A stretch of DNA of 64,000 nucleotides. Source: a virus. The stretch lies in IMG/VR virus record IMGVR_UViG_3300021197_001931, positions 64,001 through 128,000 of that record; one strand, written 5' to 3'. The notes beneath the pieces were generated by a model, which saw nothing but the letters and a program-made list of their open reading frames with translations, ran no database searches and had not been told where the DNA came from. This document shows positions 10,026-19,760 of the stretch, piece by piece (position 1 is the stretch's first letter; each line of letters opens with the position of its first letter). A program made the translations under genes and the position numbers.

Positions 10026-10467
10026 AATCCTAGTATTGATAGCAATTTTTAGTTTATTTCCAGTAGACCTGTTAGCACAAGAAGAGCCACAGTTTACTCA
10101 GCTAGAAGAAGGTGAACCAGCACCATTTGCTGGCACCTTATTCAACCCAACTGCAACTGCACAGTTGATTGCAGATCGTGAGTTTCGACTCACGGACTGT
10201 GACTTGCGTGTAAATTATGAGATTAATCTCTTAACGGCTCGCCGCGACTTGGAATACAATCTCTTACAAGTGCGGTATGATTCACTTGAAGAGCGTAGTA
10301 CAGCACTCTCTAGCCTAAAAGATCAAGAAATAATTGATCTTCGAGAGGCTGTTCGCAAGCACCCTAACCGTCATAGCCATTGGTTTTTTGCGGGAGGATT
10401 TGTTGCTGGCGCAGTTACCTCAATTGCAATCTTCTTTGCAGCAAGAGAAATTAATCAGGGGTCGTAG
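10015..10467 (+). CDS. exported coiled-coil protein with C-terminal TM helix
   Basis: Signal peptide ending LLA-QE, coiled coil, then WFFAGGFVAGAVTSIAIFF. Confidence 0.5.
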   Translation: MLSRILVLIAIFSLFPVDLLAQEEPQFTQLEEGEPAPFAGTLFNPTATAQLIADREFRLTDCDLRVNYEINLLTARRDLEYNLLQVRYDSLEERSTALSSLKDQEIIDLREAVRKHPNRHSHWFFAGGFVAGAVTSIAIFFAAREINQGS

Positions 10468-10859
10468 TGAGTAACAAAGACTGGAACAAAATAGCAAAAA
10501 TAGAACAGGCCATCAGTAAGAAATATGGCAACGATGCAATTCAAAATCCTAAAGACAATTGGACTGATGAAAAAGAAGAAGAATATCTTAAACAGATGCG
10601 CAAATTGTCAGAAAAGGAATATGGCTTAATTGAGAAAGATCAGAAAGTAGAGGTTAATGGTGTTTTAGTACCCAAGAAACTACTTAATAAAGAGTCTAAT
10701 CGCACCTGTGCTGTGTGTAACGTTTATTCATTCGATGTTCGTGATGATGTTTACATGAACAAACATGATTGTTGCTATAAGTGCTATATACAGTGGGTAG
10801 AGGACCGAGAAGAAAGATGGCAATCTGGATGGAGACCAAATAATGGCAACGACACTTGA
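10467..10859 (+). CDS. hypothetical Zn-finger protein
   Basis: CAVC...CCYKC; GTG start overlapping the upstream stop. Confidence 0.6.
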   Translation: MSNKDWNKIAKIEQAISKKYGNDAIQNPKDNWTDEKEEEYLKQMRKLSEKEYGLIEKDQKVEVNGVLVPKKLLNKESNRTCAVCNVYSFDVRDDVYMNKHDCCYKCYIQWVEDREERWQSGWRPNNGNDT

Positions 10860-11352
10860 GATTATCCGAGGAATTTCACAAGCAGCGGCAAACATAGGAT
10901 ACGACGGAGCCCACGAGGGCATTCATGGCGACGGTGAGCCCAGAAGCGCGGGACTGCGAAGAGAAGAGGGCCACATGATTAACGACCGTCGAGTGATTGA
11001 TGGGTTTGGCGTTAAGTTTATGGGTAACGTACTCTGTATCACTTATTCTAGTGAATTGCAGCTTAAAGAAGTGTACGCTAATGGTTTTGAGAGCGAAATA
11101 GAGCAAAGAATAGCTGAAGTAGCAAAGTTCTTAAAAAAGGAGTATAAGGCTGTTACCGGATCCACCCTATCCTTAACAAAGATGGGGGATGCTGATATGA
11201 TTGTTCAAAACAGATCAAAGGTTTGGACTTGGGTTCAAGCACAATGCATGTTTAAAATTGGAGGCATTCAAGAGGTTGTTGAAGTTACCGAAGAAGAGAA
11301 AGACTTAAGAGATCGATTTAAAGATTTCCTCAGCTTGGGAAACAGCAATTAA
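10843..11352 (+). CDS. hypothetical protein
   Basis: 169-aa ORF with SD GGAG, directly upstream of terL. Confidence 0.6.
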   Translation: MATTLEIIRGISQAAANIGYDGAHEGIHGDGEPRSAGLRREEGHMINDRRVIDGFGVKFMGNVLCITYSSELQLKEVYANGFESEIEQRIAEVAKFLKKEYKAVTGSTLSLTKMGDADMIVQNRSKVWTWVQAQCMFKIGGIQEVVEVTEEEKDLRDRFKDFLSLGNSN

Positions 11353-11361
11353 AAATGAAGA

Positions 11362-12960
11362 ATGGCTTATCAACTTACCAAGAAAGAAATTTATAGAGAA
11401 GTTTTAAAGTGTGGTAAGGACCCTGTTTACTTTATAAACAATTATGCAAGAATATCCCATCCGCAAAGAGGACTAATTCCATTTAAAACTTATGACTTTC
11501 AGTCGGACCTTCTAAGCGATTTTAACAACTACCGTTTTAATATTATTTTAAAAGCCAGGCAATTAGGTATCTCAACTATTACAGCGGGATACATTGTCTG
11601 GCTTATGCTTTTTCATCGTGATAAAAATGTGTTAGTCATCGCAACCAAGTTTGGAACAGCTTCGAATCTTGTTAAGAAAGTAAAAAACATTTTAAAGAAT
11701 GTACCAGACTTTCTACAAATTTCAGATATTACTATTGATAATCGATCTTCTTTTGAACTTTCAAATGGATCTCAAATAAAAGCCTCATCAACCTCTGGTG
11801 ATGCAGGTCGTTCAGAAGCATTGTCTTTACTAGTGATTGATGAGGCCGCGCACGTAGAGGGCCTCAAAGAATTATGGACTGGCTTGTATCCAACTCTTTC
11901 AACTGGTGGAAGATGTATAGCCCTGTCTACACCCAATGGCGTGGGTAATTGGTTCCACAAAGCATACACGGAAGCGGAACAGGGCATAAATGATTTTTAT
12001 CCAACAAATCTGCCTTGGCAAGTGCACCCCGATAGGGACCAGGGGTGGTTTGAAAAAGAGACAAGAAACATGTCTCGTCGACAAATTGCCCAAGAATTGG
12101 AATGCAACTTCAATACGTCAGGTGAGACAGTGGTTCATCCTGATGATATAAAAAGAATCTTTGATTCTGTAAGGGATCCAAAACATAGGACTGGCTTTGA
12201 CAGAAACTATTGGATTTGGGAAGAACACAAGGAAGACTGCACCTATATGCTTGTTGCAGACGTTGCTCGCGGCGATGGAAAGGATTATTCTGTGTTTCAT
12301 GTTATAAAACTTGAAACTATGGAAGTTATCGCAGAGTACCAAGGAAAGCCAGCACCAGATGTTTATGCTAGTATGTTATATTCGTCAGGGAAAGAATATG
12401 GTAATTGCTTGTTAGTGGTTGAAAATAACTCTGTTGGATTTGCAGTTTTGGATAAATTAAGAGACTTGGAATATCCAAATATTTATTACTCTATCAAATC
12501 AACACATGAATATATAAACCAGCTTGAGGCAGAATCTATGTCTAATTCTGTGGCTGGGTTCACAACATCCCAGAAGACTCGTCCATTAATCGTGGCAAAA
12601 TTGGAAGAATTCATTAGAAATAAACTAATTACTCTATATTCTTTGCGGACGGCTAATGAGTTTAAGACATTTGTCTGGAATAACGGACGCCCACAAGCTA
12701 TGAGGAGTTATAACGACGATTTAATAATGGCTTTGGCGATCGCGTGTTGGGTTCGAGACACAGCCCTTGAGACAAGCCAGAGAGATATAGAATATCAAAA
12801 AGCGTTTTTAGGATCTATGATAATGTCCAATACTAAAATAAATACTACAATCCCTGGTATGCATGGCTATAATCCTAAATATGATTTTGAAAATGATTTA
12901 AAAAAGAAAGATAATATACAACAAGTTGATAAAGAATTTGTTTGGCTATTCAAAGGATAA
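11362..12960 (+). CDS. terL: terminase large subunit (T4 gp17-like)
   Basis: LKARQLGIST, VIDEAA, STPNG; nuclease motifs ADVARGDGKDYS and DDLIMALA. Confidence 0.96.
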   Translation: MAYQLTKKEIYREVLKCGKDPVYFINNYARISHPQRGLIPFKTYDFQSDLLSDFNNYRFNIILKARQLGISTITAGYIVWLMLFHRDKNVLVIATKFGTASNLVKKVKNILKNVPDFLQISDITIDNRSSFELSNGSQIKASSTSGDAGRSEALSLLVIDEAAHVEGLKELWTGLYPTLSTGGRCIALSTPNGVGNWFHKAYTEAEQGINDFYPTNLPWQVHPDRDQGWFEKETRNMSRRQIAQELECNFNTSGETVVHPDDIKRIFDSVRDPKHRTGFDRNYWIWEEHKEDCTYMLVADVARGDGKDYSVFHVIKLETMEVIAEYQGKPAPDVYASMLYSSGKEYGNCLLVVENNSVGFAVLDKLRDLEYPNIYYSIKSTHEYINQLEAESMSNSVAGFTTSQKTRPLIVAKLEEFIRNKLITLYSLRTANEFKTFVWNNGRPQAMRSYNDDLIMALAIACWVRDTALETSQRDIEYQKAFLGSMIMSNTKINTTIPGMHGYNPKYDFENDLKKKDNIQQVDKEFVWLFKG

Positions 12961-12965
12961 AATAA

Positions 12966-14948
12966 ATGGCAGATTATAAAGACAATCCAAAAAATCCACA
13001 AAATAGACTGTTTAAGCAATTAACCAGAGTGTTTTCTGGGCCAATGATAAGGTACAGAAGTCAAACTGGGAGACGTATAAAGCGAAGAGATATGGACAAA
13101 TATGCCAATAGCTTTAAGTCTGCTAGCGGCCAACAATTTAAAAAGTCAGAATATCATTCCTATGAAAAACTTCAAGCACACGCCTATACTAACCAAAACC
13201 GATCGGAAAGATATTCCGACTTCGATCAGATGGAATATATGCCAGAGATAGCATCAGCCCTAGACATTTACGCAGATGAAATGTCAACGTCGTCAGAATT
13301 AACCCCACTATTAAATATACGGTGCCACAATGATGAAATAAAGGCTGTTTTAGAAACTTTATATCATAATGTTCTAAACATAGATTTCAATTTATTTGGA
13401 TGGTGTAGATCAATGTGCAAGTTTGGAGATTATTTTTTATATCTCGACATTGATGAAGATCAGGGAATTAGATCTGCGATTGGATTACCGGCAGAAGAGA
13501 TAGAAAGGCTAGAAGGAGAAGACAAAACAAATCCAAACTATGTTCAATATCAATGGAATTCAGCGGGAATGACTTTTGAAAACTGGCAGGTGGGACACTT
13601 TAGAATCTTAGGAAATGATAAGTATGCCCCATATGGAACTTCGGTTCTTGAGCCTGCTAGGCGTATATGGAGACAACTAACACTACTTGAGGATGCTATG
13701 ATGGCATATAGAATCGTTCGATCACCAGAAAGGCGCGTATTCTATATTGATGTTGGAAATATAAATGCAACGGACGTTGAGCAATACATGCAAAAAGTCA
13801 TGACTCAAATGAAGAGAAACCAGCTTGTTGATAGTGACACTGGACGAGTTGATTTACGTTACAATCCAATGTCAGTAGAGGAAGACTATTTCATCCCAGT
13901 CCGTGGCGGAACATCATCTAAAATTGAAACACTGCCTGGTGGAGCTGCGTCGAGCGATATAGACGATGTTAAATATCTACGTGACAAACTGTTTGCCGCC
14001 CTTAAGGTCCCACAGTCATATCTAACACAAGGCGAGGAAGGGAGTGAGGATAAGACAACACTGGCGCAAAAGGATATTAGGTTTGCCAGAACAATTCAAA
14101 GGCTGCAACGATCAATCGTTTCGGAACTAGAAAAGATCGGGATTATCCATCTATACACTCTTGGGTTTAGAGGTGATGATATTATCTCCTTTGACCTGTC
14201 CCTAAACAACCCTTCAAAGCTTGCGGAACTTCAAGAGCTGGAATATTGGAAAACTAAATTTGATGTGGCTGGAGCGGCTACAGAAGGATTCTTTAGTCGT
14301 CGTTGGATTGCAGAACACCTATTCCACCTCTCGGAAGATGAATTCTTGCGAAACACCAGAGAGCTTGTATACGATAAGAAATATGACGCCCTACTTCAAG
14401 CACAATTTGAAGCAGCCACTTCTGAGGCAGCAGGAATGGACACGGGAGCAGGAGCTGATAACCTAGGCGACGACATGGCTGAGCCGCCCGCCGACGAGAC
14501 CCCTGATTTAGACGCTGCGCTTGGCGGTGAAGAGCCTGCTGCTGGCACAAGTATAGAGGATATTGTTAATAGGCCTCTAGTTGGCCCAGGAGGCGATGCT
14601 CCTGGCAAGAGGGACGTCTCCAAGGCAATGAGGCAAGATGGTATGACAACTACTTCAAAGTCTAAAGGAAAATGGTATCTACCGGTGTCTAATGATGCAA
14701 GAAAAGACAGTGGCCCCAGGCTTCGTAGCTACAAAGCAAAGTGGGGAAATGAAAAGACTAAAGCAACAATGAGAAATATCGCTCCTGGCGCCCAAGAGTT
14801 GTTAGGACTAGGAAAAGGTATTTATGAGAATATAGAATCTACTTATGATATGGAAGAGAAAAAAATTATTGACTCTCATTTTGAAATTAGAAGACTAGTA
14901 GAAAACCTGGAGCAAAATAAAGATGTTAACGAAGACGAGACACAATAA
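12966..14948 (+). CDS. portal protein (T4 gp20-like) with acidic C-terminal extension
   Basis: LEDAMMAYRIVRSPERRVFYIDVG, EDYFIP, IETLPG, ALKVP. Confidence 0.95.
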   Translation: MADYKDNPKNPQNRLFKQLTRVFSGPMIRYRSQTGRRIKRRDMDKYANSFKSASGQQFKKSEYHSYEKLQAHAYTNQNRSERYSDFDQMEYMPEIASALDIYADEMSTSSELTPLLNIRCHNDEIKAVLETLYHNVLNIDFNLFGWCRSMCKFGDYFLYLDIDEDQGIRSAIGLPAEEIERLEGEDKTNPNYVQYQWNSAGMTFENWQVGHFRILGNDKYAPYGTSVLEPARRIWRQLTLLEDAMMAYRIVRSPERRVFYIDVGNINATDVEQYMQKVMTQMKRNQLVDSDTGRVDLRYNPMSVEEDYFIPVRGGTSSKIETLPGGAASSDIDDVKYLRDKLFAALKVPQSYLTQGEEGSEDKTTLAQKDIRFARTIQRLQRSIVSELEKIGIIHLYTLGFRGDDIISFDLSLNNPSKLAELQELEYWKTKFDVAGAATEGFFSRRWIAEHLFHLSEDEFLRNTRELVYDKKYDALLQAQFEAATSEAAGMDTGAGADNLGDDMAEPPADETPDLDAALGGEEPAAGTSIEDIVNRPLVGPGGDAPGKRDVSKAMRQDGMTTTSKSKGKWYLPVSNDARKDSGPRLRSYKAKWGNEKTKATMRNIAPGAQELLGLGKGIYENIESTYDMEEKKIIDSHFEIRRLVENLEQNKDVNEDETQ

Positions 14949-15759
14949 AAAAAGAAATACCGCTTTTCTTTATGAGGCCCTCGTTAGAGAGCTTACTAAG
15001 AGTATAGTGTCAAAGAATAATAATAAAAAAAATATCATAATCTCAATTATGAAAGAGCATTTTGCAAAAGAAACTGCCCTTAGAAAAGAGCTAGAGCTGT
15101 TTAAAGATCTTTATGAAAGTACATCTATTCACCCTTACATGTGTGAAAAGCTAATACAAGAGGTAAAAAGGTCTCATTCCAATCTTGACTCAAAGCAAAT
15201 ATTTGATGAACAAACTGCATTGATAAATAAAATAAACAAACTTTTGTCAAAAAATGTTTTTTCTAATTTTGTTCCAAACTATAAGAACTTAGCTACGATA
15301 GCACAGATACTAAATCCAGATGTTTCCGCAAAGAGCAGAGTAATTCTTGAAGGGAGTCTGGTAAGCTGCATGTCATTGGACTCAAAGCAAGGGGCTCGTG
15401 AAATGGTGCCAATTGATAACATCGTTTATTCAACATTTGTTAAAAAATTCAATGAGCAATACGGCAATGGTCTCTTGGAGGAGCAAAAAGAGCTATTAAG
15501 CAAATATATTGCATCATTTCATGATAATGCGATAGAACTAAAAATTTTCTTAAACGAAGAGATTTCAAATTTAAGGAAGGCTCTGATCGTAGCTAACGAA
15601 AAGGCCACAGAGGAAAACAACGCTGCATTGTGTAGCAAAATCACAGAGGTTATAAATGTTGTTGATGAATCTTCAAAGTCTGAGATAACCATAGAAACTA
15701 TAACTAAAATTTTAAAAATTCAAAGTCTTGTAAAGGAACTTGAGATTAATGGCAATTAG
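14923..15759 (+). CDS. hypothetical helical head-module protein
   Basis: 278-aa ORF overlapping the portal stop. Confidence 0.65.
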   Translation: MLTKTRHNKKRNTAFLYEALVRELTKSIVSKNNNKKNIIISIMKEHFAKETALRKELELFKDLYESTSIHPYMCEKLIQEVKRSHSNLDSKQIFDEQTALINKINKLLSKNVFSNFVPNYKNLATIAQILNPDVSAKSRVILEGSLVSCMSLDSKQGAREMVPIDNIVYSTFVKKFNEQYGNGLLEEQKELLSKYIASFHDNAIELKIFLNEEISNLRKALIVANEKATEENNAALCSKITEVINVVDESSKSEITIETITKILKIQSLVKELEINGN

Positions 15760-16318
15760 AGTCAAAATTGGAAAAGCTGAAGACGAGGGCACTACCGCTA
15801 GTCAGCTAGCAAAAACGCCAGATGTAAAGGTGCGCCTTGATATTAGAAAAACTTTGGACGGTAACCTGATAATATCAGACCACCCAGATATAACCATTGT
15901 TATAATTCCTACAAAAAGAAAAATATTGTCTTTGGCCAAACAATTAAATAGTGGAGTTGTGTATGGGGCACAAAATAGATTGTTCGATTTTTTAATTGAC
16001 AAGGGGGTAGTAAGCCCCACATCTGTGGAGGGTGGTTCCATATATGCTTCAATGGAGGCCACAATACCAGAGGCCCCCAATATACCAGCAGTAAAAGTTG
16101 CAATTATCAATGTTGCCAGATGGCTTGAAAGCGAAAAACCCTCTATTGATTTCTTAGATAATTACGAAGATGTTTTTGTACTAGACTTAACAGACCCAGA
16201 CGCCGTTCACTCAACGGAACTTGGGCAAGTCCCCCATGCGGCAGAAAAAGGATCTATAAAGCCGTCGCTAGCCAGAGGCCCCTATGGACTATCCATGTAT
16301 AACTACTATGGTTATTAG
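15749..16318 (+). CDS. hypothetical protein
   Basis: The ATG at 15749 is a likelier start than the TTG at 15740; overlaps the upstream gene. Confidence 0.6.
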   Translation: MAIRVKIGKAEDEGTTASQLAKTPDVKVRLDIRKTLDGNLIISDHPDITIVIIPTKRKILSLAKQLNSGVVYGAQNRLFDFLIDKGVVSPTSVEGGSIYASMEATIPEAPNIPAVKVAIINVARWLESEKPSIDFLDNYEDVFVLDLTDPDAVHSTELGQVPHAAEKGSIKPSLARGPYGLSMYNYYGY

Positions 16319-16326
16319 AGGGTAGA

Positions 16327-16650
16327 ATGAATCTAGTTTACTTTATTCTATGTGCTTTTGGGTTGACCAATATTTTAGTCTATGGATCTATCTTCAACAA
16401 AATAAGACCTAAGCATCATTTCTTTCATTGCCCTATGTGTGTTGGCTTCTGGGTTGGTGTTTTTTTGTTGGTGACTAACCGTTTAACAGAACTATTTACG
16501 TTTGAGCATAGTTTATACAATGCTTTTGTATTGGGGTGTTTAAGCTCTGGTACATCATATATACTTGCCATGCTAGTTGGCGACAAAGGAGTAAGAAGTG
16601 AGATTCACAAACCTGAAGTGGGGACTACAACCAGTCCGTCGCTGTTGTAA
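16327..16650 (+). CDS. membrane protein, DUF1360-like
   Basis: Three hydrophobic segments and CPMCVGFW motif. Confidence 0.55.
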   Translation: MNLVYFILCAFGLTNILVYGSIFNKIRPKHHFFHCPMCVGFWVGVFLLVTNRLTELFTFEHSLYNAFVLGCLSSGTSYILAMLVGDKGVRSEIHKPEVGTTTSPSLL

Positions 16651-16687
16651 AGGATCGAAACTCATGCGGGTGGCGCCCGCAATATAG
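16598..16687 (+). CDS. uncalled 29-aa peptide MRFTNLKWGLQPVRRCCKGSKLMRVAPAI
   Basis: GTG start 6 nt after AAGGAG; ACTATTTA at 16491; stop 9 nt before the protease ATG. Confidence 0.4.
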   Translation: MRFTNLKWGLQPVRRCCKGSKLMRVAPAI

Positions 16688-16696
16688 GTATTAAAA

Positions 16697-17296
16697 ATGG
16701 CTAAACAATTATTAAGAGAATATTACGAACTTTGTGATGGTGGAATTTGTCAGGACCTCTTAACAGAGTCCGAAAAAGCTATGGTACGCGAAGGCCACAT
16801 GATCCTTACAGGCGTTTGCCAAAGGGCTATGGTTGAAAATGGAAATCGTCGAATCTATAGTGAACGAATTCTTGCAAGAGAAGTTGAAAAGTATCAATCA
16901 CTAATTGAACAAAAGAGATCTCTTGGAGAGCTTGACCACCCTGATAGCTCAGTTGTTAGTCTTGAGAAGGTGTCTCACATGATTATATCCCTCTGGATGG
17001 AGGGCAATGATGTGTATGCAAAACTATTGGTGCTACCAACACCAGCGGGCAATATTTTAAAGGCCCTTGTTAATAGTGGATGTTCAATTGGCATTTCATC
17101 TCGTGGAATGGGCTCTGTTAGAGAGCAGGGTGGGCAGACAATTGTTGAAGATGACTTTCAACTAATTTGCTTTGATATGGTTTCCGAGGCGTCCACCCCT
17201 GGTGCTTACATGGAGCAAAAGCATGAGGGAATGTCCTCTTTGAGAGAGGGCGGCAATAAACTAAATCAACTCTTTAACGATATTTTAAGGGATTAA
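16697..17296 (+). CDS. prohead protease (T4 gp21-like)
   Basis: NGNRRIY, LGELDHP, GISSRGMGS, FDMVSEAS. Confidence 0.93.
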   Translation: MAKQLLREYYELCDGGICQDLLTESEKAMVREGHMILTGVCQRAMVENGNRRIYSERILAREVEKYQSLIEQKRSLGELDHPDSSVVSLEKVSHMIISLWMEGNDVYAKLLVLPTPAGNILKALVNSGCSIGISSRGMGSVREQGGQTIVEDDFQLICFDMVSEASTPGAYMEQKHEGMSSLREGGNKLNQLFNDILRD

Positions 17297-17297
17297 A

Positions 17298-19307
17298 ATG
17301 AATACAAAAACAGAGAGTATTTCTACAATTCTTGAGGGTTTTGAAAAAGACATCGAACGAAGTCGTGCAAGAACCAAGAAATTTTTATCTCAACTTGAGC
17401 CAGTGCTTTTTGGACCTGAAGGGGAGTTTGCAAAAATTGATCGGAGAAAAGCTTTGGCAAAAAAAGCCAAAGAGGCCGAGACCCAAGACAAGCAGCCACA
17501 GGGCCAACCTGCAACAAAAGAAGAGCCCCCGCAAGGCGCTGCTATATTCTTACAACGAGGCGATAGAAAAAATTTAACTGATGCTTTTAAAGGTGTGAAA
17601 GTTGATGGCTCTTTAAAAAGAATTGTCATAAACAGTGTCATGGATCAACTAAAGGCCATGGATGTTGCAATCCTTGAAGCTACCCACAGCAGCATTACTA
17701 TACAAACAAAAGCAATCGTTGACGACCTTAAAAAGGCCGGTGCCAACTCTCAGCAGATTAAAGCTCTGCTTGGGGCACTCGGCCAATGGGCGAATACCCA
17801 AGATTTTCCAAAAATAAAAATAGCAAAAACAAAGATTCCGACTCGTAGGGCAAAAGCTAAGAAGGCCGCAGTTGAGCCAGAACCAGCTCCCGCCGCAGCA
17901 GAAAAGGAAGAGTCTTTAGACAAGGATGCAATTCTTGATGCTATAAAAGATAAGATGAATCGCCCATTCTCTGTGAAGTTGGGACCTCGCCGGTACCGAC
18001 CAACTACAATGAAATCAGTTCCAGAGAAGCTACACGATGTTATTCTTAAATCTGTTGAAAAGAAGTTAGATGCTGGTGAAAAGAAAATATCAATGAGCGA
18101 TATTTTTACAGGGTTAGAAACAGTAAAGCTTACCGATGATGAGACAAAGATAGCCGGCACCGTGGGTAAAGAGGGGCTAGAGAAAGCCGGTGATACGCAA
18201 TTAAAAAGACTCTCAAAGGCCCTAAAGGAGGCCGGTATTAGTATTGTGAATGATGGACAAGACATTGATCCAAAGAGTCTTTCTGTTATTCAAGCATTGT
18301 CTGCTGGCCGAGACGTCCGCGCAGAACTAGAAGTAGGTATAACAAACAGAACTATTGCTCGTCAGTCAGTTCAGGCCAAAGGTGAGGAAATTAAAGTTGC
18401 AGGGGCTACACCTTCAACATCGACAAAGAAAAAACCGCGCGCTAGAGATCTAATAGCTAAAATTGAGAAAGCAAAAACCCTAGAAGATCTTGGAGCCTTG
18501 GTGCCAGACGATGAAAAACGAATAACTGTCTTGAGGGCCCGTGATGATAGGCGTGGCGAGATTAAGAAGGCCCAAGGTGAGGAAATTAAAGTTGCAGGGG
18601 CCATCCTAACAGTCAAGAAAGGCAAGCCTGATGAAGTTAGAGTCGCAAAACCAGAGGACAAAAAAGAGTTTGAAGAAGCCGCTGAGGAAGCAGCTGAGGA
18701 GGTTGTCCCCTCCAAAGAGACAGAAGATAAAATTGAAAAAACATCCACTCCTGTCGAAGACCTTGCACCCAAAGAAAAAGAGCAAGCTAAAAAAAGCATA
18801 AAGCCAGAAGACGTTACGGTGCTTATAGATTCTAAAACAATTGATGATGTTGTGAAAGCAGTTATGGACGCTTATAAGGAACAAGAGGGTATTAAGGGGC
18901 AACAGTACAAGATAACCGAAAAGGACGCCAAGGAATCAGTTACAAAGGTACTTCGATCCCTCTTGGACCCAGAAAATACAAAGATATTGAAAGCCCTGGT
19001 GGATGGGGAATTTAAACAATATGGGCCAATTCCGACCAAAAAGCTTGTAGGCATAGTAAACAACTCACTAAATATATCTCTTGACGGAGAAGAGGAAGAA
19101 GTAGAAGACGAGGAAGAAATAAAAGTTCCCGACTTTATGTCAAGGCTTGACGCCATACTTGCTGGTGGTTCCTCTAAAGATACCGATAATGTCAAAGAGA
19201 TACCAGCGTTAGAGCCAGCCCTTCAAGAAACAAAGACAGTTCAAGACTATATAAATGAAAGTCACGAAGATAAATTTAACAAACTACTGAAAGCATTTAC
19301 AAAATAG
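17298..19307 (+). CDS. Lys/Glu-rich hypothetical protein, possible internal head protein
   Basis: 669 aa, low complexity, directly after the protease; several I/L-x-E motifs. Confidence 0.55.
   Translation: MNTKTESISTILEGFEKDIERSRARTKKFLSQLEPVLFGPEGEFAKIDRRKALAKKAKEAETQDKQPQGQPATKEEPPQGAAIFLQRGDRKNLTDAFKGVKVDGSLKRIVINSVMDQLKAMDVAILEATHSSITIQTKAIVDDLKKAGANSQQIKALLGALGQWANTQDFPKIKIAKTKIPTRRAKAKKAAVEPEPAPAAAEKEESLDKDAILDAIKDKMNRPFSVKLGPRRYRPTTMKSVPEKLHDVILKSVEKKLDAGEKKISMSDIFTGLETVKLTDDETKIAGTVGKEGLEKAGDTQLKRLSKALKEAGISIVNDGQDIDPKSLSVIQALSAGRDVRAELEVGITNRTIARQSVQAKGEEIKVAGATPSTSTKKKPRARDLIAKIEKAKTLEDLGALVPDDEKRITVLRARDDRRGEIKKAQGEEIKVAGAILTVKKGKPDEVRVAKPEDKKEFEEAAEEAAEEVVPSKETEDKIEKTSTPVEDLAPKEKEQAKKSIKPEDVTVLIDSKTIDDVVKAVMDAYKEQEGIKGQQYKITEKDAKESVTKVLRSLLDPENTKILKALVDGEFKQYGPIPTKKLVGIVNNSLNISLDGEEEEVEDEEEIKVPDFMSRLDAILAGGSSKDTDNVKEIPALEPALQETKTVQDYINESHEDKFNKLLKAFTK
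18373..18601 (+). repeat. 34-bp direct repeat pair (18373-18406 and 18568-18601)
   Basis: AGGCC(A/C)AAGGTGAGGAAATTAAAGTTGCAGGGGC, one mismatch, 195 bp apart and in frame. Confidence 0.95.
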
Positions 19308-19315
19308 GATCTTAA

Positions 19316-19750
19316 ATGAAGAAACAAGAATTAAAAAAGCTTTTAAAGCCACTTATTAAAGAATGCATTAAAGAGGTAATCCTCGAAGAAGGTGTCCTCT
19401 CTAATGTTGTGTCTGAGGTCGTTCAAGGCCTTGGCGCACCAAGAATCGTAGAAGCTAAAGCGGCTCCGGTTCAGCAGCAGTCTTCTATCGAAGACATGCA
19501 AAGAGCGGCAGAACAAAAAAGAGCGCAATTAAGCGAACAGAAAAATAAACTTCTTTCTGCAATAAATACAGAGGCATATGGAGGAATAGATTTGTTTGAG
19601 GGGACAGAGCCCCTTTCGGGTGGAGGGAAGGTCTCATCTGGACCACAAGCGCAAGGGCCCTTATCAAATATTGACGCAAACGACCCTGGGGTGGACATAA
19701 GTGGAATTATGGGGATAGCAGGCGGAAGATGGGCCGCACATTTAAAATAA
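19316..19750 (+). CDS. hypothetical head-associated protein
   Basis: N-terminal LIKECIKEVILEE with repeated I/L-x-E motifs. Confidence 0.6.
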   Translation: MKKQELKKLLKPLIKECIKEVILEEGVLSNVVSEVVQGLGAPRIVEAKAAPVQQQSSIEDMQRAAEQKRAQLSEQKNKLLSAINTEAYGGIDLFEGTEPLSGGGKVSSGPQAQGPLSNIDANDPGVDISGIMGIAGGRWAAHLK

Positions 19751-19760
19751 CGGAAATAAA

